Part shown: positions 43,464 through 48,943 of the stretch, in pieces
Layout of the letters: each line of letters begins with the position of its first letter
Numbering within the stretch: position 1 is the stretch's first letter
Virus record (IMG/VR): IMGVR_UViG_3300045988_081680
Coordinates: 1-61,255 of that record
Direction: 5' to 3' (one strand)
DNA from: a virus
Length of the DNA stretch: 61,255 nucleotides
Notes under the pieces: generated by a model
Database searches by the model: none
Told to the model about the DNA's origin: nothing
The model's input: the letters and a program-made list of their open reading frames with translations, nothing else
Translations under genes and position numbers: made by a program

Positions 43464-43477
43464 TGTATGCGTGTTAA

Positions 43478-44029
43478 CTATTGCTTTGGCATTAGTATAA
43501 TGTGGTAATACTCACTATTTAATGTGCCGTTTTGCCGTTTGCGTGGCGTGGCAATGTAACCTAAGCTTTTGTTACGTTTGTTGTACTCATTACAAAGTTT
43601 TATTGCTGTTTGCTCCTGTAAAAAACAGTGCATTTTAAAGCAACCTTTGGCCTGTTTATAAAAGCGGTAACTCCTAAATGTGCGTTTGTGTGCGAGCTTG
43701 TAAACCTCTAACAATAACGCATATTTTGCAGGGTGCATAAGGCGTTTTTGCTTGGCTAAAATGCCACTTGCATATTGCACGGCGTAAACCTCTAACGCCT
43801 TTTGTAAAGTGTAACCGCCCAAAGCGTTTAATAGTTTGGTTTGTTGCTTTGGTGTTAACTGCAAAAACAATGCGCCAAACTCATTTACATAGTAAGTTAA
43901 CGCACGGCATTTAAGTTTACCGTTTGGCATAACCTTTACAGCGCCATTACGCACGGCGCGTTGTACCTCATTTTTAAGGGTTTGCAATACCTCTTTATAT
44001 GTAGGTTTTTTGGGTTTAATTGTAAGCAT
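43478..44029 (-). CDS. hypothetical protein (183 aa, basic)
   Basis: ORF with GGAGCAAACC upstream. Confidence 0.65.
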   Translation of the reverse strand: MLTIKPKKPTYKEVLQTLKNEVQRAVRNGAVKVMPNGKLKCRALTYYVNEFGALFLQLTPKQQTKLLNALGGYTLQKALEVYAVQYASGILAKQKRLMHPAKYALLLEVYKLAHKRTFRSYRFYKQAKGCFKMHCFLQEQTAIKLCNEYNKRNKSLGYIATPRKRQNGTLNSEYYHIILMPKQ

Positions 44030-44038
44030 GGTTTGCTC

Positions 44039-44305
44039 CTAAATTATGCTATATGGTTTGCCGTATAACTCAACGGTAACGGCCAAGCCTGCTACATTTG
44101 CGCCAATGGCGTGTAAAACCGTTAACATGTTATTAATATGCCATGCAGGTTTACCAACATAGCGAGCCTTTAACTGTTTACTTAGTGCATTATTACTATG
44201 GTTAATATTAGTAATAATACAGTTACAGGTTTTACATTGTGGCTTGCCACAATTACAGGCATTAATAGTTGCTTGGGTTATTACTTTATTGTTAATAGTT
44301 TGCAT
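44039..44305 (-). CDS. hypothetical Cys-rich protein (88 aa)
   Basis: CNCGKPQCKTCNC motif. Confidence 0.6.
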   Translation of the reverse strand: MQTINNKVITQATINACNCGKPQCKTCNCIITNINHSNNALSKQLKARYVGKPAWHINNMLTVLHAIGANVAGLAVTVELYGKPYSII

Positions 44306-44307
44306 GG

Positions 44308-44916
44308 TTATGCCTCATTAATAGGCGTATAACCATTAAACAGGCCTGTTTGCTTTAAGTACTTTTTAACCGCTTTTAATGTTGGTAATGCTTGGCATTG
44401 CTCAAATACAAAGCAAGTAACACATTTACTGCAATTATGCACATTGTTTGCATTGCAAAAGGCCTGTACATTGGCTAACGGGCAAAGCTCAACGGCGCGT
44501 GCAAGCATAGTAAATTTACCTTGCTCAAACAGTAAGCCTAACTGCTCACTTGTAGCTCCTTTGTAGCGAGTTAAATAACCCTCAATAGCATACAGTGCAA
44601 CGTTAACCAATGGCTTAGCGTTTAAACCCTCAATATAGCCAAAAATAGCCTCATGCACATAGTAACTATTAGTTACCCGTTTTTTAATAGCTGCCAAAAT
44701 AGCCTTTGCTATTACAGTATATAGCTGTATGGTTGAGTAATTGCCCATATTGCTCACGCGGTAAATACTAAACAGGCAAGCATTTTGGCAAACAGCAAGC
44801 CTTAGCTCCTTAAACTCTGCTTTACCCTCAAAATGCGCCTTTGCAATGTTGTAAACCTCGCAGTTATTAAATAACTCAATGGCCAAGCCTGCCACTTGGT
44901 TGTTAAAGTTTTGCAT
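44308..44916 (-). CDS. hypothetical protein (202 aa)
   Basis: Long ORF, tightly packed with its neighbours. Confidence 0.65.
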   Translation of the reverse strand: MQNFNNQVAGLAIELFNNCEVYNIAKAHFEGKAEFKELRLAVCQNACLFSIYRVSNMGNYSTIQLYTVIAKAILAAIKKRVTNSYYVHEAIFGYIEGLNAKPLVNVALYAIEGYLTRYKGATSEQLGLLFEQGKFTMLARAVELCPLANVQAFCNANNVHNCSKCVTCFVFEQCQALPTLKAVKKYLKQTGLFNGYTPINEA

Positions 44917-44986
44917 TTTATTAACCTTTTAAAATATGTTGTTTGGTTATTAGGCGGGCGGTTTTGCCCGCCTAATTGTTAATATG

Positions 44987-45355
44987 TTATTTAGCGTTTA
45001 AACCGTTAAATTTACGCCAGCGGTAAAACTCAATTTGCGTATTAGTAGCGTTTGCGCCTTGCATTGCCTCGCACGCCATAACCTCTTTGAGTGTAGGCAC
45101 CTTACCTGTTGCTTTGTACAAGGCCTCGCACGCTTGCCATACTGCCATACATTTACCGGCTCGCATTGGGGCTTTAATGCCGTTTTTAATAACAGGCTCG
45201 GTTTTTTGCGGTTTTGCAGGTGTTGCAACAGGTGCAGGCAACAAGTTTACAACGTTTGGCACGTTTAAAAGCTCGGTAACTGCTTTTTGCTCCTTTGCTT
45301 TAGTAACGCGTGTTGCTTTTGCAGTTTTTGCAGTTTTGGTTAAAGTTACAGCCAT
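44987..45355 (-). CDS. small basic protein: TKTAKTAKATRVTKAKEQKA tail plus a C-terminal domain homologous to the centre of the 2013..2672 product
   Basis: NGIKAPMRAGKCMAVWQACEALYKATGKVPTLKEVMACEAMQGANATNTQIEFYRWRKF. Confidence 0.7.
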   Translation of the reverse strand: MAVTLTKTAKTAKATRVTKAKEQKAVTELLNVPNVVNLLPAPVATPAKPQKTEPVIKNGIKAPMRAGKCMAVWQACEALYKATGKVPTLKEVMACEAMQGANATNTQIEFYRWRKFNGLNAK

Positions 45356-45785
45356 TTTTAATACTCCTATAAATTAGTTTTAAATTTAAGGCGGTTTGCC
45401 TTTTGCGTTTTATTGGTTGCTTTGTTTGCTTAACCAATGAGGCCATTATACCGCCTATTTTGTTAAATGGCGTTAACTTATATAAATATTGTGTAAACAA
45501 TAAAAAGTAATTGGGCATTAAAAAACATATTAATGAGCGCGCGTAAATACACTAAATTTAGCCAAAATGCAAGCAATTTTACACTTTAGCCATGTAAAAC
45601 TTACTTTACATTACCTTTACAGTTTATTAACACACGTCAACTTAGATTAACATTACACTTATTATTGCTTTTGTTAATGGCACGGCGCAAACAATAGTGT
45701 CTGTCTATTACGCATGGTATCGTAACTTTGGTAATGGTTACTAGGGGTATTATTGCGCCTGTATGGTTACTAAAGTGACTATTAA

Positions 45786-45801
45786 GGTAGTTATAACCAC
45801 A
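45786..45801. promoter_or_regulatory. near-palindromic double octamer site GGTAGTTATAACCACA (14/16 match to TGTGGTTATAACCACA)
   Basis: Read directly; non-coding region. Confidence 0.4.
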
Positions 45802-45810
45802 GTTACCGCC

Positions 45811-46010
45811 AATAGAGCCAATAGAGCCAGCCAAGCAAACGGCGACACACAGAAAAACGCCGAAAGCCCTGCAAATAAATCGCGAAAGCTGTACAAAAAT
45901 CGCGACAGCCCTGCGTATAAAAACGCCGAAAGCCCTTTTATGCGCGGCTTCGCCCGCCAAAACCAACGGCAAAACAACGGCAACGCACGGGCAAAGCACA
46001 CAAAACCGCC
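45811..46010. repeat. A/C-rich iteron-like array
   Basis: AATAGAGCC x2 (45811..45828). AAAAACGCCGAAAGCCCT x2 (45853..45870, 45919..45936). AAATCGCGA[A/C]AGC x2 (45877, 45897). AACGGCAA-type units at 45960-46010. Confidence 0.75.
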
Positions 46011-46129
46011 AGCAACCCGCCAAATTTCGCCCACAAGCCCTATTTGAGCCGTTGCTAACCCTAACCCACGCTAAAGCAGCTAAACGCCAGCATACGCGAA
46101 AACTAACCAATTACCGCAAAGGTCTTAAA

Positions 46130-46354
46130 ATGAAACTAAAAACTACTAAATACATCATCGAGTTTCCAGAAAACAATATGCCGTCAGCAGTTCACGACAA
46201 CTACTACACAGTGAAGTCCTGTTCTGCCGTCCCAACATCACGCCGTATCCCTATCCCAAGCTACTACATCCGAGATTGTTGCGTCTTTACAGATATCAAA
46301 CGCCGAGAATCCAAACGTATCCTAGACCGTTTTCTTGACCAATTCTTTATCTAA
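46130..46354 (+). CDS. small hypothetical protein (74 aa) on the opposite strand within the leftward/non-coding region
   Basis: ATG with a weak AAAGG upstream; followed by its own terminator. Confidence 0.45.
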   Translation: MKLKTTKYIIEFPENNMPSAVHDNYYTVKSCSAVPTSRRIPIPSYYIRDCCVFTDIKRRESKRILDRFLDQFFI

Positions 46355-46375
46355 TCTATCCTACACCTAACATCC

Positions 46376-46413
46376 AACACCAGCTAGACAAATCCAATAG
46401 ACTAGCTGGTGTT
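46376..46413 (+). terminator. rho-independent terminator downstream of 46130..46354
   Basis: AACACCAGCTAG-loop-CTAGCTGGTGTT followed by TT. Confidence 0.6.
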
Positions 46414-46575
46414 TTCATCTATCATTCCTTATTTCCTCCAAATCCTCTTCTGATTCAACATCCGAACCAAACAGTCAAAATAAATTTCCGATTCAATTCG
46501 GAACCAGTTCGCTACCAAATAAAACTGATTTCGGAACCAAATCGGAAACTCGTCGCTACCTATCAACAGTCTTAA

Positions 46576-46605
46576 CCACAAGGAAGCCACCCACAAGGAA
46601 GCCAT
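46576..46605. repeat. tandem 15-mer x2 (CCACAAGGAAGCCAC / CCACAAGGAAGCCAT); the first copy overlaps a TAACCACA
   Basis: Read directly. Confidence 0.8.
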
Positions 46606-46665
46606 CCACTATCACTATCGCCCGCAGGAACTTCCATCCTACTCCACCCACTTCCGAACCCACTA

Positions 46666-46800
46666 TCACTGCCAATCGTAATAGTTCCTATCGTCTTCTT
46701 GTTCCTGACGTTGTTCTTCATATAACTTACGTCTAGCTTCAATTTCGGCTTCCTCTTCCTCGTCTCTTTCACCAGTAAATAACCATGCATCGTAGTTCAT
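46666..46800 (-). CDS. very acidic 44-aa protein, first gene of the leftward arm
   Basis: ATG after GGAGAG. MNYDAWLFTGERDEEEEAEIEARRKLYEEQRQEQEDDRNYYDWQ. Confidence 0.45.
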   Translation of the reverse strand: MNYDAWLFTGERDEEEEAEIEARRKLYEEQRQEQEDDRNYYDWQ

Positions 46801-46812
46801 TTTAACTCTCCA

Positions 46813-46824
46813 TTTATAACCACA
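46813..46824 (-). promoter_or_regulatory. extended octamer TGTGGTTATAAA, 12 nt upstream of the ATG at 46800
   Basis: Intergenic, on the coding strand. Confidence 0.4.
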
Positions 46825-46980
46825 GGTAACCCTGCTACAACCCAAACTATACGCCAAGTCTTAGACCTACACAAGTACTTTTACACTTCCTTAACCCTCA
46901 ACTTTCGGATTTAAGTCCGAACGACCATCACTACCTATCACCGCACCAATTTTTAATGCCGTCACCACTATACATTAAAA

Positions 46981-47040
46981 TTTGTCGGGGTAACAAAATG
47001 CTACACACAAAAGGCATTATTTTTTTGTCGGGGTAACAAA
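46981..47040. repeat. two direct copies of TTTGTCGGGGTAACAAA (46981..46997, 47024..47040), each internally palindromic
   Basis: Read directly; the spacer contains the AATGC...GCATT inverted repeat. Confidence 0.8.
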
Positions 47041-47147
47041 TTTTCACCTCGCTATGTACTTTACGCAATTTTAACAGCGAAACATTGTTTACGGAGAGGG
47101 CTTACTATTAATATGTTAACAAATTAAATACCCCGAATTAATACCCC

Positions 47148-47259
47148 AAAATAATAATAATAAATAATATATATATTAAATAGATATATATAAGTATATA
47201 TATTTTATAAGTTTTTTATAATTAAATTTAATTAATTTTATTTTTTATTATTTTTTTTA
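47148..47259. other. 112-nt tract with 0 C and 3 G (~97% A+T): DNA-unwinding element / divergent promoter region candidate
   Basis: Read directly. Preceded by AATACCCC x2 (47127, 47140). Lies between the first leftward and first rightward genes. Confidence 0.6.
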
Positions 47260-47277
47260 CTAACAGGGGGTCATTGA

Positions 47278-47311
47278 ACAGTATATATTAATGATAGAGG
47301 GTATATACTGT
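47278..47311 (+). other. 10-bp inverted repeat ACAGTATATA/TATATACTGT followed by a T7 run
   Basis: Read directly. Confidence 0.4.
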
Positions 47312-47582
47312 TTTTTTGTTAAGTTATGTTAATTCTGTACGTGTTCATTTAGTTTTAAACATTTAAATTTTAATGCACAAACCATACACATTCGCATGTA
47401 TAATTTTTAATAACTCACAAAGTACATTAAAAACAACCTACCCATCCAACTCTTACATTACCGCTCCTAAATGTAAATTTTGTGTAAAGCTCACATCACC
47501 AACTAGCATTACTATTTAAATCCTCCTATACTGCAAACCTCTTTAAAGCAACGGCAACCGCCCAAACGCCTTACCCTTACAT

Positions 47583-47594
47583 TGTGGTTATAAA
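47583..47594 (+). promoter_or_regulatory. extended octamer TGTGGTTATAAA, 153 nt upstream of the first rightward gene
   Basis: Flanked by the CTTACCCTTAC (47570..47580) / GTAAGGGTAAG (47647..47657) inverted repeat. Confidence 0.4.
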
Positions 47595-47646
47595 GATGCA
47601 CGTTTGCAGCCCCAATTTGAGCCTCACAGCGCATTTATAGGCACGG

Positions 47647-47664
47647 GTAAGGGTAAGTATAGGG
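47647..47664. repeat. GTAAGGGTAAGTATAGGG, reverse complement of the 18-mer at 10557..10574
   Basis: Exact match. Confidence 0.8.
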
Positions 47665-47747
47665 TAACCCCTAAAAGTGGCTATGCGGGCGAATTTGAGC
47701 CGTTACCGTTAAATCTGTAAACTTAACCTTATTCAAGAGGTATTAAA

Positions 47748-48155
47748 ATGAGCAATACTATTCAGCACCTGCGAGCAGACCTTATGTTTCTGTATGCAGC
47801 AGACGCTAAAACAACAGACAAACCTTGGACACGTTGGCAAAAGAAAGTGGACGGCGAATGGGTGCAATGTGAAACCCACCCTGCTTGGGACGATGCCGAA
47901 TACCGACGCTGCCGTGTGGTTATTACTGTCGGTAAACACGAATTCATTAAAGGCGAAACTGAACCGCTTGCTATTGGTCAGACGTACTATTACATTGCCT
48001 ACAGTCAAGACCGTGGATTTTATGATTACGGTACTAGATGGCAAGGATTGAGTTGGGAGATGAAACTGCTTGAGCAAGGTCTGGTTCACGTTAATATGAA
48101 AGACGCGCAACAACACGCGAAAGTCTTAAACGCTGTATCACTTGGAGATATTTAA
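47748..48155 (+). CDS. hypothetical protein (135 aa), first gene of the rightward arm
   Basis: AGAGG upstream of the ATG. Confidence 0.7.
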   Translation: MSNTIQHLRADLMFLYAADAKTTDKPWTRWQKKVDGEWVQCETHPAWDDAEYRRCRVVITVGKHEFIKGETEPLAIGQTYYYIAYSQDRGFYDYGTRWQGLSWEMKLLEQGLVHVNMKDAQQHAKVLNAVSLGDI

Positions 48156-48156
48156 A

Positions 48157-48942
48157 ATGGCAGATGTAGTTAATGTTTTAACCACAGATAATGTGGAACA
48201 CGAGACTGAAGTTAAGTCAGAAGAAGATGTTTTGATGCAGGCGTTGATTCGAGAGTTTCCGACTGCGGTTGCAGAAGTTGTGGAAAATATCGCCAGCCTC
48301 AAAAAAGACGCTATGATGCTGGACGTTGACAAAATTACTGTCGACTACCTCAAAAGTAAGTTAGACGGTCTGCGGGCGAAGCGTGGTCGTGTGGTTATGA
48401 AGACGGCAGAATCGCCGTTAATGCTGATGCGTAACTTGGCATACTTAGATAAGTTAAGTCATGCAGACTTGGAATTTGAAATGGTGCAGTCTTACTTGAC
48501 CGACTATTACCGTATCTTTGGACAAGAACTTGCTTTGGTTGAGCCGCCGTTGTGGATTACAGAAGCAGACTTTGCCGAGTATATGAAATTGCGGGCGAAG
48601 TGTTCGCCATCGCATATTAAACGACCGAACTTTGTGCTGTCATTGCAATACTTAATGAGCCGACCGCGAGCCTTAGCCGTAGGTACGACATTCAAAGAGC
48701 TTGTAGAAACTGGTGCAGAAAGCGTCAACTTTGAAAAAGAAGAAAAGTTAATCAGTTACCTTAAATACAACCGGAACCAGAAACGTAAACGTAATGGCGA
48801 AGTTATGCTCCACGACTTGTACCATAAAGAATATAAGGCTAAACTGGCGGAACGCAAAAACTATTTGGCGAAGATTAACGCCGAACTTGAGTATTTGCGA
48901 GATAGATATCTTGAACAAAAAGCGATTGACTTAGGCGAATAA
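48157..48942 (+). CDS. hypothetical protein (261 aa)
   Basis: ATG 8 nt after GGAGA. Confidence 0.7.
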   Translation: MADVVNVLTTDNVEHETEVKSEEDVLMQALIREFPTAVAEVVENIASLKKDAMMLDVDKITVDYLKSKLDGLRAKRGRVVMKTAESPLMLMRNLAYLDKLSHADLEFEMVQSYLTDYYRIFGQELALVEPPLWITEADFAEYMKLRAKCSPSHIKRPNFVLSLQYLMSRPRALAVGTTFKELVETGAESVNFEKEEKLISYLKYNRNQKRKRNGEVMLHDLYHKEYKAKLAERKNYLAKINAELEYLRDRYLEQKAIDLGE

Positions 48943-48943
48943 T

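Noticed and set aside
43078-43508. ORFs 43078..43263 (+) and 43260..43508 (+).
   Set aside because: They have no RBS and run through a strong terminator hairpin and tandem repeats. They lie on the strand opposite to all neighbouring genes. I treat this DNA as regulatory spacer.
43059-45793. The 2.7-kb octamer-free stretch covering four leftward early genes, read as a foreign island.
   Set aside because: With a mean spacing of about 0.8 kb and 74 gaps, a few gaps of 2-3 kb are expected by chance (others are 10585-12519, 22327-24346 and 57507-59863). The stretch is therefore not significant on its own.
45637-46110. Three overlapping ORFs in the track (157 aa and 94 aa on -, 94 aa on +).
   Set aside because: They lie in the A/C-rich iteron-like array and overlap each other in different frames. 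They have low-complexity Cys/Arg/Ala or Asn/Lys/Arg-rich translations and no RBS. They are most likely artefacts of repetitive non-coding DNA.
39386-47594. Reading the TGTGGTTATAA sites as ordinary sigma-70 promoters.
   Set aside because: The TATAA part is -10-like, but I found no acceptable TTGACA-like hexamer 16-18 bp upstream at any of the sites. The TG sits one position off the extended -10 rule. I therefore keep them only as unspecified regulatory sites.
45356-47747. tRNA, tmRNA or CRISPR array in the large non-coding region.
   Set aside because: I could not find a T-loop/GTTCRANYC-type box or a cloverleaf-compatible stem set. The tandem repeats occur only twice each, are 9-18 bp long and have no spacer architecture.
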